In this document: positions 12,928 through 23,955 of the stretch, piece after piece
Layout of the letters: every line of letters begins with the position of its first letter
Position numbering within the stretch: the first letter of the stretch is position 1
Assembly (NCBI RefSeq): GCF_009914755.1
Contig: NC_060928.1
Source: the human T2T-CHM13v2.0 reference genome, Homo sapiens
Reading direction: 5' to 3' (one strand)
Length of the DNA stretch: 64,000 bases
Position numbers and translations under genes: made by a program
Notes under the pieces: model-generated
What the model was told of the DNA's origin: nothing
The model's database searches: none
The model's input: only the letters and a program-made list of their open reading frames with translations

Positions 12928-13938
12928 TGAAGCTAACTTTTAAAAAATAAACAGCAACATGTACCCATGCCATTTAAGATTAGTATCAAGCCAAAGTCTG
13001 ATTTTAATTTATGAAACTACTTTGTAACTACAACAATTCTAGCCCAAGGTGGGTCCCTGGGGAATGACAGGAGTCATCAGAGAGGCCCCTGCCTCAGCAC
13101 CTAGTCACACACTATTCTCCAATATCATAAAAAATAACTTACAGAGAGAGGACAGAAATACAAAAAACTTACTCCCAAACAGAAGGGAGAAAGCAGCCAG
13201 AAATGTCAGCCCATCAAGTACTCTTAGCTATTTCTAAGGTCTGTGCTTCACACATTATTCTCTTATAAAATATGATAGAAGACATTTTAGCTACCATGAA
13301 CTATAAAGTGTTGTACACTTAGCCCTAGATGGAATGAATTACTGAGCTACACCTGGCAAAGCAGGAGACAGAAAAGTGTATCTCAGAAACAGGCACCATC
13401 ATTTACAATCTATACCTTTAAAATGTGGTTCTAAGAGTACATTAACTAAGCCAATATAGTTATGAAATCTGATGAAAAAAAGCTCACATCCTACCATAAC
13501 TAGGCCTGGCCTGGATTTTTTTCCAATAAGAGAAAACCTAAAATCTATGCCTTCGCCACAAAGCTCATGTTCTTGTAAAACCTTATGCTGGAAATCCTTA
13601 ACGCCCCCTAAAGCCCTATTCTGTAGGTCATACTCTGATTATCTTGTTCTGTGATCAGTCTGATTAAATTATACAAAATTACCAATACATCACTCAGAAT
13701 GGAGAGATTAGCTCCAGCCTACTCTGTTTGTTTTTCCTTGTCCTGTCCTAATACTACAGTGGATATTTAAAAATGAAGAATGGAGGAAGACATGGCAACT
13801 TCAAAAGGGGACAAAGGATATATTAACCTAATCTCAGAAATACACTGCCTTCAGCTTTCACAGATGGCACTGTTGACCAGCCATAGAAACAGGTATAGCA
13901 ATGTGGGCTCCACCATCATTTCCCTCTCTCACACCTTG

Positions 13939-14298
13939 TGCTGCAGTCTGAATGTTGGTGTCCCCCCCAAATTCATGTTGAAACTTAATCCCCAATGTGA
14001 TAGTATTAGAGATGGGGCCTTTGGGAGGTGACTAGATCGTGAGGGTAGACCTCTCAAGAAAGGGATTAGTGCGTTTATAAAAGGGGCCCTAGGGAGCTTG
14101 TGTGCCCCTTCCACTATATAAAGACACAGCAAAAAGGTACCATCATTGAAGCAGAGATTGAGCCCTCAGCAAACACTGAATCTGCTGGCACCTTGATCTT
14201 GGACTTCCCAACTTCCAGAACTGTAGGCAATACATTTCTACTGTTTATAAAATACCCAGTTTAAGATATTTTGTTATAGCAGCCAACGGTCTGAGACA
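13939..14298 (+). mobile_element. MLT1A0/MST-type MaLR solo LTR
   Basis: TG...CA ends, CCCCAAATTCATGTTGAAACTTAATCCCCAA, perfect TSD CCTTG. Confidence 0.88.
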
Positions 14299-14439
14299 CC
14301 TTGTCATCTTTAAGTCCAAAGATACCAATTTGCTTATAAGTGACCAGGGTTAATAACAGTGGATGAGAGTTTTTCTCTTTTGTGAAACTAACTTGTCCAG
14401 ACAGAATCCGAACGCAAACTACTGGGATTACTTAAGTAA

Positions 14440-14823
<384 letters not shown>

Positions 14824-17800
14824 TTGTATTTTAAACCAACTTCTGACCTCAGGAGAAGCCTGCATCGTCACTCCACCAACACACTTTCCCTTAGGTGTGC
14901 CCATAGTCTTTGTCCATCTGATTTTACAAGCCTCACAAGACAGAGATTTTCTACATTTCCCTTCGAACTCTCCTAATAGAGGCCATTCAGACTCTAAAAT
15001 CTCAAATGCACAGCAAGCTCTAACACTGGCCGAAAGCTGTCCAATTTATACCTCTCCAGCATGATTTATTAACACTTTGTGCAGCAAGACTTGTCAACTC
15101 ACACCAGCTGTGTCATCCCCAGAGTGAGATGGCAGCATGCAGGTAAATTAAAAATCAATGTTTTTATTAGAAACTATTTTGAAGCATGAGAAGGAATGTG
15201 ATTTTGAGTTATCTTTCCTATTTTAACAGGAAAGCTCAGTGATACCCTACTTACTGTATAGGAATACAGGGATGTTCTTTTTAGAGAACAGATAGGCATT
15301 ATTATCCAGCATCAATCTAGACTGCTTCTGGGTACCTTGGAATCATTAGCTCTGGATGACAGGATCAGTGAAATATTTTGCTACTTGAGACTCAAATTTT
15401 TTCTCACGTGGTCCCTGCCACAGTTAGTCAGGAGGTACTGCCCAGTCACTGCAAAAATTAATAAAAGTAAATAAGAGAAAAGAGTTCAATCTTTCTTTCT
15501 CTTTCATTAGACATAAAAAGACTGGTAAAATGATAAAAATAAGAAATCCCGTTGCTTTTCAGTCATTTTGCTTCCTAATTTTACTAGAAAGCAAGAAAGA
15601 ATTTTAAAAAGTTTTGTTAATGAAGAACACAATAACCTGATCTGGTCTTGACCCACAACTGAGTAAACAATGAAAATACTGGAATAACAAAACAACTGCT
15701 TTATTAACTTTTCCTTTGTGTTCCCCCTCGGGAATAGGCATCAGGTAAATTTCCAATGGTAAATATAATAGGATCTAAACTTGTATATATTTATGTGTAA
15801 GCTGAAGCTAATGAAGAAATAAGTGATCACCAATGGTGAAAAAAAAAAAAACAAAAAAACAAGAGAACACCCTTCCTCATCCTTTCCCTCTTCAGTTTGT
15901 GATTCCAAATGTAAAACCGTTCATAAAGTGCCCAGTCCCATGCGTGGTAACGGTCACAGCATCAGTTAGCCACACAGTTACCCACTCTTCCATTTTCTTA
16001 GGCTGACAAACTTTTTAAAGTTATCCAGTTCAGGATTCTGCTAAAGACAAGCAGGTGATATAGCTCAAAGGGCCTCTTGGACATTTTTTTAAATATAGTA
16101 TTGGACCTTGTTAATGGAAAGAACTTTTGTAAAAGAGCCATCAACAACAGTAGAATCATATTTAAATCCCAAAATGATAATTACTGCTCTAGGCCAAGAA
16201 ATAAAGGCTGTATCTCGTGTAATAATTTTTAAAACCACCCCTCAAAAATAGTGTAGGTTTAATACTCTTTGCTTAGGGTCACCTGCAGAAGTTAATACAG
16301 GACTTCTTTTGATTTATAGACAGTAAGATCGCCATTCAACCCTACAGTATAGGCCATCTTTTTCTGTATATGTATAAGGCCCATATAACAAAGCAAACAC
16401 AGACACAAACACACACACTTACTTCAGAGGCCCAGGAGGAAATGGCTGTGTAGAATTTTAAATCAGAAACCTAAGGCTTAGGTTAGTAGTGTCAGGTTAA
16501 AGGCTAACCCATCTCCAAAGCTAATTCGGTTCTGAACAGTCCCATGGGTGTCTAACTGAACAGAAGGAGCTGGGAAACCTTAGCAGGCCGGAGCTCAGAC
16601 TGGGGAATTGCTGGGACTCTGTGCCAGGGGCTGAGGCTCACCCCAGACTTGGTATCAGATAATACCAAGTGCTAGTCTGGATTTCCAGGACTAATCCACT
16701 CCAGGGTGGAACTTCCAGGTTCCCTGGTGTCTGTGCTGTGTAGTGGGAGGACTTTGGGCTTTGTAGATCCAGACTGTGTCTGGCTAGTATTGTACTTAAT
16801 ATCAGAAAAATAGATCCAACACAGAAAGAGTCTATAAGTAGCAATGCTTTATGCTGTAGAATCCTTAGGGGGGTGCAGACACAGGGAGAGACCTAAGAGG
16901 AAGTGGAAAGCCCTCCGAATTTTCTATAGATTCAGTTTTCATAAGTTCCTTTTTTGTATTCTAATTTGCACTTCTTAAATGTGTTCACAGGTTCTACAGA
17001 TTCTTAAAACAATATATTAACAGTGGCTATTAACCTCTTTTGTATTTACTCAAAAGGGCTCTTTGGCTTCAAAAACAGTTTTGCCCCTCTCATTCCTTCA
17101 AGATCTCCCTTCTCCTCCTCCGTTACACACTCCTTTCTTTTAGAGTCAACTTTTAAATCTGCCCCTATTTAACTTCTTAAAACCCTGAGATGACTTCTAG
17201 GAGGAATATTTAATCCCCAGACTTCCTATATTTTAAATTTGATACAAAACAGTACTCCAGTGAAAAAGAATTCCTCCTCTCACATATAAACAAACAAACA
17301 AACAAAGTGTCTAGCATTAAAAGTGGGACTTAGAACTACAATTATATTCGACATTAAATACAAATTAACACTAATTTTTCCCAAAGTCAATAATTACTAC
17401 TTCACACCACTTGCAAGTTTCAAGCCTCACTCAGCAGTTAGCAAGCCTTGGGTGACTGTGATTGAACTGCAAAATACACCATTTGCCCAGAAATTGCAAA
17501 GTCCAAACACAAACTGCTTTAAAAACATGTGCAAAACACACTTAGCACAGGCAACACATATCCACAAAAATCCATTCAATGCAAAGGTAAGTGGAAAAGC
17601 TTAGAAAATTAAGGCCTCCCTTTCAAAACTGCAGGGACTTTTACGGTGTTTCCAAAGGTAATTGCTTCTTACTTCAGTAAAAGTGACTTTATGTGACTGA
17701 AAGAGGGAGGTGATATTTTTTTAAGTGAGTGGCTAACAGGATTCAATCAGACAGCAAAGTAGGAGAGCCCACTCTGAAAATATAACTTCATCACCAGGCA

Positions 17801-17882
17801 CCGACGCGCAGGAAAGGCCCACCAAGCACACGAGCTAAAATGGAGCCTGAATTTCCTCTCAGACGGAGAGGGTAGTCGCAGG

Positions 17883-17900
17883 AGGTCAGGGTCAAGGTCA
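17883..17900 (+). promoter_or_regulatory. Three tandem nuclear-receptor half-sites AGGTCA-GGGTCA-AGGTCA (DR0/DR0)
   Basis: Read directly; includes the extended half-site TCAAGGTCA at 17892-17900. Confidence 0.55.
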
Positions 17901-20239
17901 TCAGCAGGGCACGCTGCAGCTGCCCGACTGCACTACACACAAGAGGAGGGAAGGCGTTCCATCTCCGTCACAGACGAAACAGATAAATCCCTTCTCCTCT
18001 CCCACCCTCCCTCTAACCCCGCCAACATTTTTTTTTTTAAAGCAGGGGGAGAAGAGAAGAAAGGGAAAATGACCAAATAACCTCACCGCCCTGTTTTCGC
18101 ACACAAGCTCATCAGCTCCCAAAGTTGCCATCTAAGGGCAAGTTCGCAGAGAACACTGAAGCCCATTTTGTCCAAGCACGGCAGACCTCCCCTGACCCCC
18201 TCAGGATTCCTGCCTCCTCTCCCTCCCCCCACACGCCCCCGACAAGAGCCCGGCAGCGGGGCAGTCCGGCCATGTGCACGCACACTCTTCCACCAACTGC
18301 TGCGAGTTTTCTGTGAATCGCAGCGCGGAGCCTCCCAACTCGCCCTCCCCGACTCCACCGCCTTCTCCTTCCTCGCACAAAATTTCCCTACACACGCAGC
18401 CGCCTGCGAGTGATTTTATGTGCATATATATTACATATGTGATATTATCCTCAGAACCTCTAGCGGGCAGGCGAAGAAAGGACTGCACAGGGGCATTTTT
18501 TTTTTTTAAAGGAAGGGGAAAAAAGCACAACCCAAGCCCTTTGCGTCGACTCCTGCGTACCGGGAAGGGGAAAGAAAGAGGAATGTTTGCGGAGCGGACT
18601 GCTTGCAAGTGCCCTTGCTCGCCACTTCGGCTGCGGCCCGGGTGACACGGAGGCGCGGGGGCGCCTGGCCCGAGCAGCCCGCGCCCCCCTCCCGGTCCCC
18701 TGGGCAGGCACCGCCGCGGTTATTTCGCGAGGGGGAGATCGATCGCCCTGCCTGTCTGCAGCGGAAAAGCACAAGCTCACACACAGCCCGAGCCCGAGAC
18801 ACCATAACCTTAACCCTTCCCCCACCCTCCGTGAACTTCAGGTGACCGACCACGTCGGCCTGACACCCGGGCGGGCGGGCGCTCCGGCTCCACTCCCGCC
18901 CCCAGCCCGGGTTTTGCAGGATCGGGCTCCGAGCAGCGCCAAACCGCCGGGAGAGGGGAGTAGTGTGGGGGGAGAGAAGAGAAATTGACCCTCCGTCTCC
19001 CCCGACCCCTCCCTCCGGCGCCTCCCGCGTCCCCTCCTCCCCGTCACCCCGCCCCACGCCTTCTCCCCTGCCCCCTCTTCCCTGCATTCAAGGAGCCGGG
19101 CGGCCCCGGGGGATATTTTTAGTTGCTTCTTTCTCCTTCACTTTTAGCTTTAGCAGCATCTCGAAACACTCAAAGCGGAGAAAGACTGGGGGGTTGGGGG
19201 GAGCTGGAGAGGGAGTGGGGGAAAAGTTAAGAGTCGCGCAAAGAAAAGCCGGAGGGAGGGCGGAGAGGGACCGGGGGCGCGGGTGGAGGAGGGGAAGGGG
19301 ACCGGGCCGTGCCGGCGGGTGTGTGTCTCCAGTTGGCGTGTGTGGCTGCCGCCGGGGAGGGCTGTGATGCACTTTAGTCCTGGACTCTGCTCAGGCTCGC
19401 CAAGGAGGGGGTCTGAGAGCCCGAGTCTCGCCCGGCTCCGTCTGCTCCGACTGACCCCGCATTTTATTGCGGCCAGGAGCCCTGCTCCTCCCTCTCCTCC
19501 GCTCTGCAGGGACCTCGCGCGCCGCGAGCCGCCCTGCCTCCTGCCTTCGCCTCGGCGCAGCTCCCGCACCCCACATCCGCCCGCCGCTGCCCGGCCTCGC
19601 CCCCCGCCCGGCCGCCCCGCGCCCCGGCGCGCCCCCTCGCCTCGGCGCCGCGGGAGCAGCCGCCCGGCGGCGCGTGTGTACCCGTGTGTTTGTGTGCGGT
19701 GCCCCTACACCCTCCCCAGCCGCTCCCGCCTCGCCCGCCCCCGACTCCCCTCCTCCGCCGCCGCCTCCTCCACCTCCGCCTCCTCCTGCTCCAGCCGCCG
19801 CCGCCGCTGCCGCCGGCGGCTCGGGGGCCGACCAACCCCGGCGCAACCTTTAGCCAGGGACGGACCTCTCCCTGGATCCTGTACCCGGCGGCTGCTGCGC
19901 GCCCTCTCCCCGACACCCCCAAACGCCATGTCACGGCCCCCAGCCCTCCGCGCGCCCCGACCCCCGCACCCTCAGGCGCCGGAATCCACAAGGAATTTTT
20001 TTTTTTTTAAGATTCCAACCTCTCCCACCTCCCCCCACCAAACCCCCGATAAAACCCCCGGCATCCACACTACTCCCCTCCTCCCTTCTCTTGCCCCCTC
20101 CCCCCAGCAACCCAGAGTGAGGAGGGGGAAGGGGAGGGAAAGGGAAAAAAAAGCCCGATCTCAAGGAAAAAAAGGGGGGGGGTGAGAGAAAGAAAGAAAA
20201 AGAGAGAGAGAATAGAAAGGGCACGGGGCTGATCATCAC

Positions 20240-20252
20240 CAACATGGCTGCC
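20240..20252 (+). promoter_or_regulatory. YY1-like motif (CAACATGGCTGCC)
   Basis: Close to YY1 consensus CAANATGGCGGC; a second weaker match CTATGGCCGC at ~20831-20840. Motif match only. Confidence 0.4.
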
Positions 20253-20415
20253 TCAGCATAGACCTAAACGAGGAGTAACCCGGGCTGTGTCTTTGTCAGT
20301 TTCACCTCTGTAACCCTAAACTAATGCAGAAAACAACGGAGGAGGCTGCGGAGGGGAAAGAGGAGAGGGAGGGCGAGAAAATGGCACGAGAGGAGGTGGA
20401 GAAGGGATGACTTAC

Positions 20416-20458
20416 GTGAGGGAAGGCGCTTGGGCTGCTCCTGCTTCCTCCTGGGCAT
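20416..20458 (-). CDS. ZNF827: ZNF827 first coding exon (43 nt, phase 1), N-terminal NuRD-binding RRK motif
   Basis: Minus strand reads ATG CCC AGG AGG AAG CAG GAG CAG CCC AAG CGC CTT CCC TCA C|gtaagt = MPRRKQEQPKRLPS(H), the recognised ZNF827 N-terminus. Consensus GTAAGT donor at 20415-20410; in-frame upstream TGA at 20503-20501; inside a CpG island. Too short for the ORF track. Confidence 0.95.
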
Positions 20459-20900
20459 TTTCCCCCTTTTCTCACATTCTCCTCCTTGGTTAATGTGAGA
20501 TCAAATAAACCCCCGTGGGGGCAGAGAGGCAGACACTGGCAGGAGCGGGGAGGTAGTTGGGGGGCGGGCGGGCGGGCAGGGGGAAACCCCTTCTCCGGTG
20601 TGTGCAATGGGTTGAAGCTTGTTTCCTGGAGCCAGAAGAGGGGTTTTCTTCTTTTCTTTCCTTTCTTTTTTCCTTTTTTTTTTTTTTTAAATTTTTGGTC
20701 GTGCACCTGGCTTGTCCCCGAGCGTAATATTCTTCAATGGAAACGGATCTAATAGGTGTGAGTGTGTGTGTGTCCTATGCTCGCGTGTGTGATGGGAGGT
20801 ATAAATAAATGAGTGCCGGTGCGGCGGTGTCTATGGCCGCGCTCTGTGTCTCCGAGCCCCTAACACTAATGTCGGGATCAAAGGGCAGCGGCGGCGGCAG
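20459..20900 (-). other. ZNF827: ZNF827 5' UTR of exon 1 (TSS approximate, ~20870-21000)
   Basis: Contiguous leader upstream of the ATG within the CpG island; the exact TSS cannot be read from sequence. Confidence 0.65.
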
Positions 20901-20914
20901 CACAGCTCACAGCT

Positions 20915-21070
20915 CGCTCTCTTGCTCTCTCTCTCTCTCTTTCTCGCTCTCTCTCCTCTCGCGCTCTCTCTCTCGCTCTCTCTCTGTCACACACACACAC
21001 ACACAAGAGGCACAGACTGAGGGAAAGAGCGAGAGCTACACACACACACACGCACGCACACACACACACA
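20915..21070. repeat. Compound (CT)n / (CA)n microsatellites at the promoter
   Basis: Interrupted CT run 20915-20985; CA runs ~20988-21004 and ~21038-21070. Confidence 0.9.
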
Positions 21071-22578
21071 GAGCAAAGAGGAAGGTGCCCCAAGGCTCCC
21101 AGGGCGGACTCAGCCTCGGATTTACAACCGCTCTGTCTGGAAAGAATGGGGGGCGCGCGTGCGGGGGTGGGATGGAGTTCTTCAAATTTATCCCGCTAGT
21201 CACCAAATCTAGGGGGAAAAAGTTTTTCTCACTCTTTAAACAACGATTAGTTCATTATTTTACTGACTTTTAAAAAGGAAATAAATTTCTCTCTTCACTT
21301 TCTTTTGTTTATTAAGCTACATTTTGTTCTGTATGAAATTCTGCAGGCTTTTGTCCCTACCCCATCACCTTAAATCTGGAGGTTATCGTCTCCCACACAC
21401 TCTTCAAAAACATTCCAAAAAAACTAATTTAAAAAAAATGAAGACAACATATGGTGAAATCAATAACTTGGTTGACAGTTGACAGAATAAGTGCCCAGTT
21501 TTGGAGTGTCCACTGGAGTTAAAACTGAAAAATGCTCCTAAATGAACATTACAGCTACTTGACAAAGAGAGGAAAATAAGATTAGGTCACCCCTGATGGT
21601 TGCTTTAACTGCTACGTGATACTCCTAGAGTGCACACAGCAATCTTTACTTCGGAAATTCACTTTTTCCCCTGCTATATACTGCAGGTATATGAAGTTTA
21701 CCCTGAAGCAATTCCAGTGTGCATTATGAGCCCAATATAGCAGTTTTCATTAACTGATACATACTTTCATTACCTTACAAATCACACATCTTTCTTCAAA
21801 GAGAGACATAAAGGAGAAAAATAGAAAAGGACGGGTCTCACTAGAGCACAAAAGGTACTTGGTGAAAGAGGACTGTTCTCTTTGTGACTTGCAGTCATTT
21901 GGATAAAAGTTCACTCAGAGGTTGTTAATGATTTAAACTCCAAAACCTGCTACTATAATTGAAATAAAAATGGTCTGAAGAAGAGTTGTTTCATAAAACT
22001 CTCTTTGTAAGAGGAAACTTTGAACTTAGCAGAATACATTATATGTCATGAGTCATGTAGCTAGAAAATAAAAAGGTGCATTATTTAACTACATCTTCCC
22101 TTTTTAGCTTTTTTAAAACTCTGACTCATCATCTTATTATGTTAAATATTTTCCTACCAATTTTTAAATAGACCTTTTCATCAAAGAAAGTGGAGGCACA
22201 GTAAAGACATAGAACATTAAAATGACACTCTATAAGCCTACATGGATAACTCATGCCTCTTTGAGGTTGAGTTAATTCTTACAACTTCAGTGGTGTTAAA
22301 GAGAGCCATGGGGGTTAAATTCTGACTTGCCTTATTAAAAATAATAATAAGGCTTTATATTGCACACTTTTATAAGTGAAGCTTAAAGAGTGCTGTATCT
22401 CCCAAAAGATGTCTTTCACTGATAGAGAAATCTCACGTTCAACCCCTCCCTGCCAACTCCCCCCAAAAGATCTAGCTTCCCAGTAACAAGTAATGCTATT
22501 GAAAGCGAGGTTTGAAACACCTGCATGAATTCAATCTAAAACCAAAACAGAGAGCAGTCAAGTTTAAAATGGAGCACC

Positions 22579-22865
<287 letters not shown>

Positions 22866-23955
22866 TCATCCTTAAACCAGTTCTTCCTCAAATGTTGGTT
22901 TTAAAAAACTGGTAGTTAGGTTGCCCTGCATTATAATTTGAAATATAACTATCTTTCCACTCAGGTCAAATTCAATTTGCCATAATTTTGACTATTGTCG
23001 GTGACATTGGACTTGAAATTAATATATTAATGATAAATTAGAGCCCATCCTTTCCAAGTAGACCAATGCTCTGAGTGTGTAGAATCTTTACAGCTGAACA
23101 AAATGGTCACCACACTTCACCACTGCTCTCTCAGAACCTTTGGCTAGGGTGTTCAGGATTATGACTCTGCATAGACACACCACTACCTTTTCTGAATTGC
23201 TAGGACTCTTCCTAATGTTTAGTTTGCTATAATTGAAAACACACTTTAGGCCTTTCCTCAAAGCAGAGTACATTTCCTGCGACCTTTTAAAGGCATGCAG
23301 GAAAATGCTGTCAACTTTTAATTATATAGGTGTTCTATCAACAGCCAAAAGCATTTTTAAATTGAATTTATTCATACCTCCACCTCTTTCCAAAAATTAT
23401 TTGAAATAGTACACAACAATAGAAAATGGAAATAAGGACAGAACAATTTCCGTTTCAATCTCAGGTTGGTACCTTTATGCTATAAAACACTCTTCAAGGT
23501 CATTTGCATCTCACCCTCAATCGCTGTATGCTCAGGGAACACAAACTAATTTTAATGTCAGACTAACAAAAACATTAGGAAAATAAATACTTGGGGGTTA
23601 CGATAATGGATTTCAAAATCAAATGCATAAATAATTTTGGAAATGTATGCTTTTGGGATATATATACCCATGAACCATGAGCTTTGATTATTGTTGGCCA
23701 TACTCATCAGATTGGAATATTCTATTTGATTCACCCCACCCATGGACTAAGCTTTAAAAAGCATATTTTATCTTAATAATTATAGTACTCTCTCCACCCC
23801 CATCTCCATTACCTCTCAAATGTGAAATTAAAATAGATTTTCTCAAAACTGTGCACTCTAAGAAGAAGTTTCATAAACACTCTCACAGAAGTGAAATCTA
23901 TTCAAGCTCAAATATTGCTAACGATGAGTAGACAAAGGGAGCACTTACCCTAGAA

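Larger units (their letters stand above)
17800..21170. promoter_or_regulatory. CpG island / ZNF827 promoter extending ~2.6 kb into intron 1
   Basis: Very high GC and CpG density, GC boxes (GGGCGG), GCC/GGC runs, no interspersed repeats; CpG-poor flanks. Confidence 0.93.

Noticed and set aside
16643-16680. 9-bp hairpin ACTTGGTAT/ATACCAAGT
   Set aside because: Within chance expectation for 64 kb; no supporting context.
19283-20185. 300-aa + strand ORF and many overlapping ORFs in the CpG island
   Set aside because: Non-AUG starts, Pro/Arg/Ala/Gly low complexity, open in several frames on both strands; expected from stop-codon depletion in GC-rich DNA.
20302-20706. Minus-strand GTG-initiated ORF with polybasic KKKKKGKKKGKKRRK overlapping the ZNF827 start
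   Set aside because: Weak-context near-cognate start, out of frame with ZNF827; the lysines simply reflect the A-run.
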